A model generated the notes under the pieces. It worked only from the letters and a program-made list of their open reading frames with translations. It had not been told where the DNA came from and did not search any database. DNA of 61,067 bases, filler included. It is 4 parts of 4 records of this genome, joined end to end, with 100 filler letters (N's around TTAATTAATTAA, not from the genome) between each part and the next. Parts side by side here need not be neighbours in the genome. Positions count along the whole stretch, not along the records: positions 17,688 to 44,626 come from SRR2962707_4905; 3 more parts are not named here. One strand, written 5' to 3'. The position numbers and the translations under genes were made by a program. How positions within the stretch are numbered: the first letter of the stretch is position 1; each line of letters starts with the position of its first letter. Of this stretch, positions 28,346-36,966 are shown piece by piece.

Positions 28346-29217
28346 TGTGCTGCCTCCAAGCCGGATAGTTCACCGCGATGGCCATCGGCCTGACGCTTTT
28401 CGCAATTATCGGTGTCTGAACAAACGAACATGCGGCTGCCTTTGTCATCGAGAATGACTTCGTCAAGATAGACATTTTCCGCAGCGCAGAGCGCGCAAGG
28501 CTTATCAAACTTTTGAATCTCGAATGGATGATCTTCAAAGTCTAAGCTGACCACTTGCGTATAGGGCGGCACCGCATAAATGCGCTTTTCTCGCCCTGCC
28601 CCAAACAGCTGAAGTGCTTGCGACATGTTCATTTTGGGATTGTCGAATTTCGGTGTTGGTGATGGGTCCATCACATAGCGGCCATTGACCTTAACCGGAT
28701 AGGCATAGGTCGTGGCGATATGGCCGTGCGTTGCGATATCCTCATAGAGCTTCACATGCATGAGGCCATATTCTTCTAGCGCGTGCATTTTGCGTGTTTC
28801 GGTTTCGCGTGGTTCAAGAAAACGCAATGGTTCTGGAATTGGCACCTGATAGACCAGCGTTTGGCCTTGCTTCAGCGTTTCTTCTGGAATGCGGTGGCGG
28901 GTCTGAATAATTGTCGCATCGGCCGTATGGGTGGTTGTTTTCACCCGAGCGACTTTGGCGAAAAATGCGCGAATAGACACGGCATTTGTTGTATCATCAG
29001 CGCCTTGGTCGATCACTTTGAGCACATCATCTGGACCAATAATTGACGCTGTCACCTGCACGCCGCCTGTGCCCCAACCGTAAGGCATCGGCATTTCACG
29101 GCTTGAAAATGGCACTTGGTAGCCGGGAATTGCTATTGCTTTTAAAATCGCGCGGCGGATCATGCGTTTTGTTTGTTCATCCAAATAGGCGAAATTATAG
29201 GGCGTAGAATGGGTCAT
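28342..29217 (-). CDS. phnJ: C-P lyase radical SAM enzyme PhnJ
   Basis: YNFAYLDEQTKRMIRRAILK, EMPMPYGWGTGG, and the CX2CX21C cluster (CALC...FVCSDTDNC). Confidence 0.97.
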   Translation of the reverse strand: MTHSTPYNFAYLDEQTKRMIRRAILKAIAIPGYQVPFSSREMPMPYGWGTGGVQVTASIIGPDDVLKVIDQGADDTTNAVSIRAFFAKVARVKTTTHTADATIIQTRHRIPEETLKQGQTLVYQVPIPEPLRFLEPRETETRKMHALEEYGLMHVKLYEDIATHGHIATTYAYPVKVNGRYVMDPSPTPKFDNPKMNMSQALQLFGAGREKRIYAVPPYTQVVSLDFEDHPFEIQKFDKPCALCAAENVYLDEVILDDKGSRMFVCSDTDNCEKRQADGHRGELSGLEAAQ

Positions 29218-30326
29218 TCCGCTGCCTCCTGCACCGATGATTTGGGCTCATCATTTTGTTGTTCATATTCACGGCGCATTTGGCGCACGATGCCAAGTTC
29301 TGCTTGGAAGTCGACGTAATGGGGCAATTTCAAATGCTCCACAAAGCCAGTTGCTTGCACATTGTCAGAGTGGGCGATTACGAATTCTTCGTCTTGCGCA
29401 GGCGCAACGATATCTTCTCCCAATTCTCTTGCCCGAAGCGAGCGATCACAGAGCGACATCGCCATGGCTTTGCGCTCAAGCTGGCCAAGCACGAGGCCGT
29501 ATCCACGGGTAAATTGCGGCGGTACTTTTGCCGAGCCTTTGAACTGGTTGACCATTTGGCATTCGGTGACTTGGACACGGCCAATGGGCACTGAAAATCC
29601 AAGTTCCGGAATGTCGACTTCTACTTCCACTTCGCCAATGCGAATTTCACCAACAAAGGGGTGTGAGCGAGCATAACCGCGCTGCGTTGAATAAGCCAAG
29701 GCGAGCAAAAAGCCTTCATCCCCGCGCGACAGGGATTGCAAACGCTCATCGCGGTTCATAGGAAACTGGGTTGGGGTGCGCGTAATATCGCCCGGCTCAT
29801 TTTCTTGATGACCCGTTTTTCCATCACCTTCAATCAGACCTTCTGCGGCCAAAATGTCAGAAACGCGCTGTGCGTTTTCGGTAAAATCAGTACGTAGCTC
29901 CGGCGTTTCAATGTCTGTAATATCGGCCATATCCATATCAAGAAGACGGTGGGTATAGTCAAAAGTTGGGCCGAGCATTTGGCCGCCCGGCAAATCCTTG
30001 TAAGTCGCGGAGATGCGACGCTCTATTTTCATTTTGCCAGTATCAATCGGCAGAGAATAACCAAAGCGCGGCAATGTTGTGCGATAGGCGCGTAGAAGAA
30101 ACACGGCTTCGATGATATCGCCGCGTGCTTGCTTGATGGCCAGCGCTGCTAATTCTCTATCAAATAGAGAGCCTTCAGCCATCACCCGATCAACCGCTAG
30201 ACTGAGCTGCTCGCTAATTTGTTCAAGCGATAATTCAGCCACTTCGGTGTCGCCACGCCTTCTGTCGGCGAGCAATTTATGCGCATTGGCAATGGCGGTT
30301 TCCCCGCCTTTAACAGCAACATACAT
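29214..30326 (-). CDS. phnI: C-P lyase complex nucleosidase subunit PhnI
   Basis: MYVAVKGGE start at 30326; DNVQATGFVEHLKLPHYVDFQAEL motif. Confidence 0.96.
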   Translation of the reverse strand: MYVAVKGGETAIANAHKLLADRRRGDTEVAELSLEQISEQLSLAVDRVMAEGSLFDRELAALAIKQARGDIIEAVFLLRAYRTTLPRFGYSLPIDTGKMKIERRISATYKDLPGGQMLGPTFDYTHRLLDMDMADITDIETPELRTDFTENAQRVSDILAAEGLIEGDGKTGHQENEPGDITRTPTQFPMNRDERLQSLSRGDEGFLLALAYSTQRGYARSHPFVGEIRIGEVEVEVDIPELGFSVPIGRVQVTECQMVNQFKGSAKVPPQFTRGYGLVLGQLERKAMAMSLCDRSLRARELGEDIVAPAQDEEFVIAHSDNVQATGFVEHLKLPHYVDFQAELGIVRQMRREYEQQNDEPKSSVQEAAE

Positions 30327-30958
30327 TATGCGTCTCCTCGGATCATTTGTGTGGTGCGCGGCAGGCACATCAAGGCATTTTCGGTAACAAAAATAATATC
30401 GATGCCGCGTGGATAGTGATCGCGGTTGGTCTGCCATTGCTCAAGAAAGAACAGCGGCAGGCCTGCGATTGTCACCTTGGTTGTGGTTTCAATGCCGGGG
30501 CCTGAAAGGGTGTAGCTCTCGCCCTCTTCAAATGACGGCACTTGGATAATGATTGTCGAAGAGCGGTCGGGATATTCTTGGCTGCCTTTTGCATAAAGCG
30601 ATAGATCACGGAACGCGGCCAAGTCAGTTATCAGTCCAAACATGCAGTCGGCAGGATGATCAACAATCACGCACCCAGTATGAAATGCTGTCCAATCGGT
30701 GATTGTGCGATTGCCGGCCAATGTTCGCTCGACATATAGAGCTGTATCGCTGTCACATAGTGCGGCTATTAAAGCGGCAGCGGGGGCAAGAATAGGCGCT
30801 GGCGCGGATGCCAACGCTGGTATCTCTTCAATTGTGCCGGGCCGTGCCATGGCATTCATGACGCAGTTAAACACCTTCTGCGCATCAAACACAGCATCTG
30901 AAAATCCGCCTTCCATGCTATCGGCTGTCATTGCTTGTGAATTGAGATTGTCCATCAA
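30326..30958 (-). CDS. phnH: C-P lyase subunit PhnH
   Basis: GFSDAVFDAQKVF...MARPG, GSQEYPDRS, LSGPGI and YPRGID motifs. Confidence 0.93.
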   Translation of the reverse strand: MMDNLNSQAMTADSMEGGFSDAVFDAQKVFNCVMNAMARPGTIEEIPALASAPAPILAPAAALIAALCDSDTALYVERTLAGNRTITDWTAFHTGCVIVDHPADCMFGLITDLAAFRDLSLYAKGSQEYPDRSSTIIIQVPSFEEGESYTLSGPGIETTTKVTIAGLPLFFLEQWQTNRDHYPRGIDIIFVTENALMCLPRTTQMIRGDA

Positions 30959-31443
30959 TCTTCTCCCCGCACCATGGTGAAAAAGTCTACTTTTGTTGCC
31001 GCTGTTTGCGCGGCGCGTTTTTTATCGCGGGCTTCAACCAGCGATTTCAGTGGTGCGATTATCTCCGTATCAATCCGCGCCGCCATTGGTTCGTTCTGCG
31101 CGAGTGCATCTAGAACAGCTGAAAGCTTTGCCTTTGTGTGATCGCGCCCAAGTGCCATCGCATGGCCGACTTCACCCGTGCTTAAACGCACTGTCGCGCG
31201 GGTCACGGTCGCTTCGCCAAAGTTAAAGGCATCGCCGCTGCCGCCAATGCGGCCACGCAGCGCCATAATGCCTGTTTGCGGTGCGCGCGGCATGGTGAAT
31301 TCAGGATCAATGCCTAGACCGGCCCAATATTTCGCTAATGCTTTTGCATCCGCCTGCGCGAGCACCGCCATACGTTCACGGCGTGGATTGTGGGCAAGTC
31401 CAGCCTCATGTTCTGCGGCATTTTTCGTCTCTAAATGACCCAT
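30955..31443 (-). CDS. phnG: C-P lyase subunit PhnG
   Basis: RGRIGGSGDAFNFGEATVTR and AATKVDFFTMVRGED motifs; GGAG RBS before ATG 31443. Confidence 0.93.
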   Translation of the reverse strand: MGHLETKNAAEHEAGLAHNPRRERMAVLAQADAKALAKYWAGLGIDPEFTMPRAPQTGIMALRGRIGGSGDAFNFGEATVTRATVRLSTGEVGHAMALGRDHTKAKLSAVLDALAQNEPMAARIDTEIIAPLKSLVEARDKKRAAQTAATKVDFFTMVRGED

Positions 31444-31460
31444 TTTGTCAAACTCCAAAT

Positions 31461-31480
31461 TTGTCTATTGATATAGACAA
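31461..31480. promoter_or_regulatory. Candidate PhnF (GntR/HutC) operator
   Basis: Palindrome TTGTCTAT-tgat-ATAGACAA between the divergent phnG and phnF genes. Confidence 0.7.
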
Positions 31481-31513
31481 CTCAACGTGTGATTATCCTT
31501 ATAATCAGTCGGT

Positions 31514-31531
31514 GTGACGATGTCATGACAT
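31514..31531 (-). promoter_or_regulatory. Pho box upstream of phnG
   Basis: ATGTCAT-gaca-TCGTCAC 11-bp direct repeat oriented toward phnG. Confidence 0.65.
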
Positions 31532-31570
31532 CGCGCTGTAAATTTTTTGAGAATGAACAGGAAATATATC

Positions 31571-32320
31571 GTGAAGGCTCTACCTGCAAAGAAAATTCAG
31601 CATCGCACCGGCGTTGCTCTGTGGCGGCAAATTGCCGACGAACTTAGAACGCAGATTGCCAATGGTGTATTTGAAAAAGACAGCCTGCTCCCAGCCGAAA
31701 TGGATATGGCCAAGCATTTTGGCGTGAACCGACACACAGTGCGGGCAGCCTTGGCCTCGCTTGCCCAAGAAGGCATTGTGCAAAGTCGCCAAGGACAAGG
31801 CACCATCGTGCTGCGCCGTGGGCGCATTATCTATCCAGTTGGTACGCGCACACGTTTTTCAGACGGCGTTGGCGAGCAGGCAAAGAAAACACGGGGTGTT
31901 CTCCTAAACGATGCAATTGTACCCGCTGACAAAGAAATGGCCGATGCGCTCAATCTATCCGTTGATGATAAATTGCTGCGTCTTGATACGCTGAGCTCAG
32001 CGGATGACCGGCCCTTGTCACGTTCGACATCATGGCTCGAAGACGCGCGGTTTGTTGGCATTGCAGAAGTTTACTCAAGCACCGGCTCTCTTACTAAAAG
32101 CCTCAAAGAGTTTGGCGTGGATGATTATGTGCGCAAATCAACAACGATCGAGGCACGAAATGCCAGCGCTGAAGACGCAAAAGACTTGCAGCTGTCCCCT
32201 GGCGCGATTGTCCTTATAACGCGATCTATCAATATGACGACAGACGGCAAACCATTTCAGTTTCAAGTATCGCGGTTTGCGGCAGACCGCGTGTCCTTGC
32301 AGCTAAATAATGAGAATTGA
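31571..32320 (+). CDS. phnF: GntR/HutC-family phosphonate regulator
   Basis: LWRQIADEL, FGVNRHTVRAAL HTH and UTRA domain ending RFAADRV; divergent from phnG. Start uncertain (31547-31571). Confidence 0.92.
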   Translation: MKALPAKKIQHRTGVALWRQIADELRTQIANGVFEKDSLLPAEMDMAKHFGVNRHTVRAALASLAQEGIVQSRQGQGTIVLRRGRIIYPVGTRTRFSDGVGEQAKKTRGVLLNDAIVPADKEMADALNLSVDDKLLRLDTLSSADDRPLSRSTSWLEDARFVGIAEVYSSTGSLTKSLKEFGVDDYVRKSTTIEARNASAEDAKDLQLSPGAIVLITRSINMTTDGKPFQFQVSRFAADRVSLQLNNEN

Positions 32321-32367
32321 TGCCCTTGGTGCGGAAGAAGTTTTTCACATTATTTAAACTAGACTAT

Positions 32368-32395
32368 TTGACACAGGTTTTAATCGCTGTATAAG
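32368..32395 (+). promoter_or_regulatory. sigma70-type promoter of the imelysin cluster
   Basis: TTGACA-N16-TATAAG. Confidence 0.6.
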
Positions 32396-32412
32396 CTGAC
32401 CGAAATAGTCAG
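32396..32412. promoter_or_regulatory. Iron-responsive operator (RirA IRO / Iron-Rhodo-box type)
   Basis: CTGACCGAAATAGTCAG = CTGAC-N7-GTCAG, containing TGA-N9-TCA, directly after the -10; a degenerate inverted copy lies at about 32354-32377 over the -35. Confidence 0.7.
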
Positions 32413-32421
32413 GTTTAACGA

Positions 32422-32964
32422 GTGATTTCAATGTCTCACTTTTCGAGTTCAAATTCATCTAATGCCGTGCGTTATTTAACGCGCCCGCCAGAGCGTTTGG
32501 TGCTTGAAGGCTATCGCCATTGGACAAAATCTGTTGTCACACAATCACCTGAGCCTATGGACCACGCCACGGCGCTTTACGCTGAGATTTTAGGGCGCAA
32601 ATATGCGCACCCAGCGATTTCTAGCCTCGTAAACTTTCTCAACACACTTGGAATTTGCGCCCGTTGCCCTTTGCATATGTTTGATGCCGAAACGCCGAAT
32701 ATATGCACGGATGAAACGCTTATCCTAGGCATTATCGCAGGCATTCAAAATGGCGATGATGCGGCAACGGAACTTTGCCTAAAAGCGCTTAGCTGCGGGT
32801 CGCGCTGCGATGATGTGGCTATGGCAGCTGGGTCTTTCGCGCTAATTTTAAAGGGTGCTAATCGCACCCTGCTCCCGATTTCTTCCGATGCGATTAATGC
32901 GATCCTCAATCACCGGAAAATCGATCTTTCACAATCCAAATCACCTTCAAAGACACTACATTAA
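32422..32964 (+). CDS. Hypothetical Cys-rich cytoplasmic protein, first gene of the imelysin cluster
   Basis: 180-aa ORF ending 9 nt before the imelysin start; six Cys (CARC, NICTDE, CLKALSCGSRC). Start is 32422 or 32431. Confidence 0.7.
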   Translation: MISMSHFSSSNSSNAVRYLTRPPERLVLEGYRHWTKSVVTQSPEPMDHATALYAEILGRKYAHPAISSLVNFLNTLGICARCPLHMFDAETPNICTDETLILGIIAGIQNGDDAATELCLKALSCGSRCDDVAMAAGSFALILKGANRTLLPISSDAINAILNHRKIDLSQSKSPSKTLH

Positions 32965-32973
32965 GGAAACGAC

Positions 32974-34248
32974 ATGAAACGTAAGCTTATTCTCGCAACG
33001 GTGCTTACCGCCTCGACATCAATTTTTGCGCATGCAGCCTATGCGGATGTTACACCAGAAGCGGTTACCAAGCATTATGCAGATCTTGCTCTTGCCGGTT
33101 ACAGCGATGCGCTGACAACGGCTGAAGCACTTGACACCGCTGTCGTTGCTTTGATTGCAGACCCAAGTGAAGACAATTTGAATGCAGCGCGCACGGCCTG
33201 GCTTGCAGCGCGTGTTCCTTATCAACAAACCGAAGCGTTTCGCTTCGGCAATCCGATCGTTGACGACTGGGAGGGCCGCGTTAACGCATGGCCTTTGGAT
33301 GAAGGCTTGATCGACTATGTTGACCCTTCTTACGGCGCTGAAAGCGATGCGAATGCGCTTTACACAGCCAATGTGATTGCCAACAAGGAAATTAAAATCA
33401 ACGGCGAAACTGTTGATGCGACAAATCTTACACCAGAGTTCTTATCCTCAACTTTGCAGGAAGCTGGCAGCGTTGAAGCCAATGTCGCCACGGGTTATCA
33501 CGCCATCGAGTTCCTGCTTTGGGGCCAAGACTTGCATGGCAATGATGCGGGGAAAGGCGAACGTCCTGCGACAGACTTTGCAAAAGGCGATGATTGCACC
33601 AATGGCAATTGCGACCGCCGCGGTGAGTATTTGCAAGCAGCCTCTGACCTACTTGTTGCGGACCTAAAAGAGATGGTTGGCAATTGGGAAACAAGCGGCG
33701 AAGCACGCGCCCGTCTGGAAAATGATCCGCAGGCTGCACTTTCAGTTATTTTGACAGGCATGGGTTCACTTTCTTATGGCGAACTTGCAGGCGAGCGTAT
33801 GAAGCTAGGTCTTCTACTAGGCGACCCTGAAGAAGAGCATGATTGCTTCTCTGACAACACCTATAATTCTCACTTTTTTGACGCCGTCGGTATCAAAAAT
33901 GTTTACACTGGCACCTATATGCGTGTTGACGGAACGCAGCTTGAAGGTCCATCGATCTCGCAATTGGTTGCGGCCAAAGATGCGGGCGTTGACGAAGAAT
34001 TAAAAACAAAATTGGACGCAACACTGACTGCTATGCACGCAATGGCAACACGTGGTGAAACAGTTGAAGCCTATGATCAAATGATTGCAGAAGGAAACAC
34101 AGAAGGAAATGCTGTCGTTCAAGCTGCAATCGACGGCCTTATCGACCAAACGCGGTCCATCGAGCGCGCAGTTACGGCACTTGATCTAGGCACTCTAGAG
34201 ATTGAAGGATCCGACAGCTTGGATAGCCCTGATGCGGTATTCCAATAA
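32974..34248 (+). CDS. Imelysin-family (peptidase M75, IrpA/IcmP-like) periplasmic protein
   Basis: Signal peptide; VNAWPLDEGLIDYV, ATGYHAIEFLLWGQD (GxHxxE) and EEEHDCFSDNT motifs. Confidence 0.92.
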   Translation: MKRKLILATVLTASTSIFAHAAYADVTPEAVTKHYADLALAGYSDALTTAEALDTAVVALIADPSEDNLNAARTAWLAARVPYQQTEAFRFGNPIVDDWEGRVNAWPLDEGLIDYVDPSYGAESDANALYTANVIANKEIKINGETVDATNLTPEFLSSTLQEAGSVEANVATGYHAIEFLLWGQDLHGNDAGKGERPATDFAKGDDCTNGNCDRRGEYLQAASDLLVADLKEMVGNWETSGEARARLENDPQAALSVILTGMGSLSYGELAGERMKLGLLLGDPEEEHDCFSDNTYNSHFFDAVGIKNVYTGTYMRVDGTQLEGPSISQLVAAKDAGVDEELKTKLDATLTAMHAMATRGETVEAYDQMIAEGNTEGNAVVQAAIDGLIDQTRSIERAVTALDLGTLEIEGSDSLDSPDAVFQ

Positions 34249-34313
34249 GCTTTTCAATCAAGCACAATAGGACCATGGTCGACTACTAAATTAAAACGAA
34301 GAACGATAAATCA

Positions 34314-35867
34314 ATGAGAAAACATATCATGGCTCATCACCGCAGCCGCAGCCTTTCAGCTGCGGCGTTCGGCTTTTTAATGTTACCTCTTTGCAGCGGT
34401 GCCTACGCGTCCGATGTGACTATACCGACAAGCCGGAGCGACATTGATGCGGCCACGCTTGCGAGGGTCAAAGCGGTTACAAAACCGACAGACGATTTTA
34501 GCAAAGCTGAAAAATTTGAAGCCAAACAAGGCGGCGCAGGCACATCGACAAAGATCGTTAATCGCGATGCCTTTTCACAATTTTCGAGCAATCTGACATT
34601 CGAGCAAGAAAGCACCTTTAAACTTGGCAATGCTTTGTTCCGCAAATTATGGGTATCATCCCCCTCTTCCACATTAGCCAGTGACGGTCTTGGCCCTCTG
34701 TTTAATGCGCGCTCATGCCAGACCTGCCACCTCAAAGATGGTCGCGGCCATCCGCCTGAAGGCAACAGCGACCGCACATCTATGTTTTTACGCCTAGCAC
34801 GGCCAGCCGAAACGGCTGAGGAAATTGCGGCGCTCGAAAATTATACAGCGGCGAATTTTCCAGACCCTACCTATGGCGGCCAATTACAAGATCAGGCTGT
34901 ACCGGGCCTTCAGTCTGAAGCGCAAATGATGATAGATTACCAAGAGCAACCCTTTGAGCTTGGTGATGGCACTATTGTTTCACTGCGCCATCCCACCTAT
35001 TCGGTTGCAGATCTTGGCTACGGCCCAATGGGCAAGACAACCACATTATCGCCGCGTGTGACGCCGCAAATGATTGGCCTTGGTTTGGTTGAGAACATTC
35101 ATCCAGCCGATATAGCAGCCAATGCAGATCCCGATGACAAGAATGGCGACGGTATTTCTGGTCGCCTAGCGCTTGCGCGCGATCCAGCAACGGGCGACGT
35201 TGCAATCGGCCGATTTGGCTGGAAAGCACAGAACCCAACCATTCGGGCGCAGTCAGCGGGTGCATTTGCCGGTGACATTGGCATTTCAACGCCCGATGCC
35301 CCAACTGCATATGGCGATTGCACGGTTAACGAAAAAGCATGTTTCGACATGGCGAATGGCATTCAATCTCATTTGGGCGATACTGAAGCGCCAGACCCGA
35401 TTATGGACCTTGTCAACTTTTATTCCAAAAACCTCGCCGTGCCAGCGCGCCGCGATGTAGAGGATCCTATGGTTCTCTTGGGCAAGTCTAAATTTTACGC
35501 TGCTGGCTGCGCTTCATGCCACATGCCGAAATTCGTAACACGCAAAGATACGGACGATTTGGCGCAGGCGTTTCAGCTTATCTGGCCCTATTCAGACTTC
35601 TTACTGCATGATATGGGAGACGGATTAGCAGACGGACAACAGGTCGGTGTAGCCAACGGTAACGAATGGCGCACAGCACCGTTGTGGGGCATTGGTTTGA
35701 CGCAAACTGTTAACGGACATACATTCTTCTTACACGACGGACGTGCACGCAATTTGACTGAAGCTATATTGTGGCATGGCGGTGAAGCGGAAATGGCTCG
35801 CAATAACTTTGCTTCAATGGAAAAAAGTGACCGAGATGCACTGCTGGCATTTCTAGAAAGTCTTTAA
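34314..35867 (+). CDS. Di-haem oxidoreductase family protein (DHOR/DUF1111)
   Basis: DGLGPLFNARSCQTCH and CASCH haem-binding motifs; GRFGWKA, EWRTAPLWGIG and LHDGRAR...AILWHGGEA. Confidence 0.92.
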   Translation: MRKHIMAHHRSRSLSAAAFGFLMLPLCSGAYASDVTIPTSRSDIDAATLARVKAVTKPTDDFSKAEKFEAKQGGAGTSTKIVNRDAFSQFSSNLTFEQESTFKLGNALFRKLWVSSPSSTLASDGLGPLFNARSCQTCHLKDGRGHPPEGNSDRTSMFLRLARPAETAEEIAALENYTAANFPDPTYGGQLQDQAVPGLQSEAQMMIDYQEQPFELGDGTIVSLRHPTYSVADLGYGPMGKTTTLSPRVTPQMIGLGLVENIHPADIAANADPDDKNGDGISGRLALARDPATGDVAIGRFGWKAQNPTIRAQSAGAFAGDIGISTPDAPTAYGDCTVNEKACFDMANGIQSHLGDTEAPDPIMDLVNFYSKNLAVPARRDVEDPMVLLGKSKFYAAGCASCHMPKFVTRKDTDDLAQAFQLIWPYSDFLLHDMGDGLADGQQVGVANGNEWRTAPLWGIGLTQTVNGHTFFLHDGRARNLTEAILWHGGEAEMARNNFASMEKSDRDALLAFLESL

Positions 35868-35869
35868 TA

Positions 35870-36955
35870 ATGAAATTACATATTCTGCTCGGTGCAATTA
35901 GTCTTGTAGGCTTAAGCCTATCGAATGCGCTAGCCGATACAATTGATGATGATGGGCGCATTGGGCGCGTCATTACGCAGGCTATCCAGCCGGCATTCGC
36001 GGCACTGCATGACGAAGCGCTGAAAATGAATAGAAGCATGCAGGCGGTCTGCACAGCGCCCTCACCGGCTAATCTGACCGCTGCGCAAGATGCGTTTAGT
36101 GACTTGGTTGTCAATTGGGGCCGTGTGGAACTGATCCGCATGGGACCACTCACCGAAGACAATCAACTTGAGCGTATGTTGTTCTGGCCTGACCGGAAAA
36201 GCATTGGGCTTAAGCAAGTACAGAAAATCATCAACACAAGTGATCAGACCGCACTCGACCCTGCAACTCTGAAAGATAAAAGCGTTGCGGTTCAGGGATT
36301 ATTGGCTTTGGAATTTGTGCTTTATGGCACAGGGTATGAAGCGCTTAACACTATTGATGGCGCGGAAAGATGCCAATATGGCGTCGCAATTTCTTTTAAT
36401 ATCGAGAATATCAGCGCCACACTTGATGAAGAATGGCGCTCTGATGAACCGACAAGCATTGGCTATCTTTGGCAACACCCGTCCGCTAGTAATCCTCTCT
36501 TTCGAGATGAAAACGAACAACTTTCACGCTTAATAAAAGTTCTTGGCGATGGGTTTGAAATTATTAAAGCTCAGCGCCTCACACCTTTTTTGGACGATGA
36601 TTTTTCAAAGGCAAAACCTAAATCAGCGTTGTTCTGGCGTTCTAACAACACGCTCAAATCCATTGAAGGAAACTTGCAGGGTTTAGAAGCACTAGCAAAG
36701 GCGGCAGACTTTGAGGCTAGCCTTTCTGGATCTAACAAGCGCCTCGCTGACAGTTTATTCTTTGAATTCGCAAATGCGCAAAAAGCATTAGACGCGCTAC
36801 CAGCTCGCATGGATGAAATCGCGAGTGACGAGGTTGCCTATGGTCAACTCACCTATGTCCGTGTTGTTGTGTCTAGCTTAACTGAAATTATCCGTGACCA
36901 AATTTCGCCACTCTTTGGGCTTTCAAGTGGTTTTTCTTCACTCGATGGCGACTAA
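35870..36955 (+). CDS. Second, divergent imelysin-family protein
   Basis: Signal peptide; FWPDRK, SVAVQGLLALEFVLY and C-terminal GFSSLDGD, typical of the second imelysin in this cluster type. Confidence 0.85.
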   Translation: MKLHILLGAISLVGLSLSNALADTIDDDGRIGRVITQAIQPAFAALHDEALKMNRSMQAVCTAPSPANLTAAQDAFSDLVVNWGRVELIRMGPLTEDNQLERMLFWPDRKSIGLKQVQKIINTSDQTALDPATLKDKSVAVQGLLALEFVLYGTGYEALNTIDGAERCQYGVAISFNIENISATLDEEWRSDEPTSIGYLWQHPSASNPLFRDENEQLSRLIKVLGDGFEIIKAQRLTPFLDDDFSKAKPKSALFWRSNNTLKSIEGNLQGLEALAKAADFEASLSGSNKRLADSLFFEFANAQKALDALPARMDEIASDEVAYGQLTYVRVVVSSLTEIIRDQISPLFGLSSGFSSLDGD

Positions 36956-36966
36956 TTAAAAAAACG

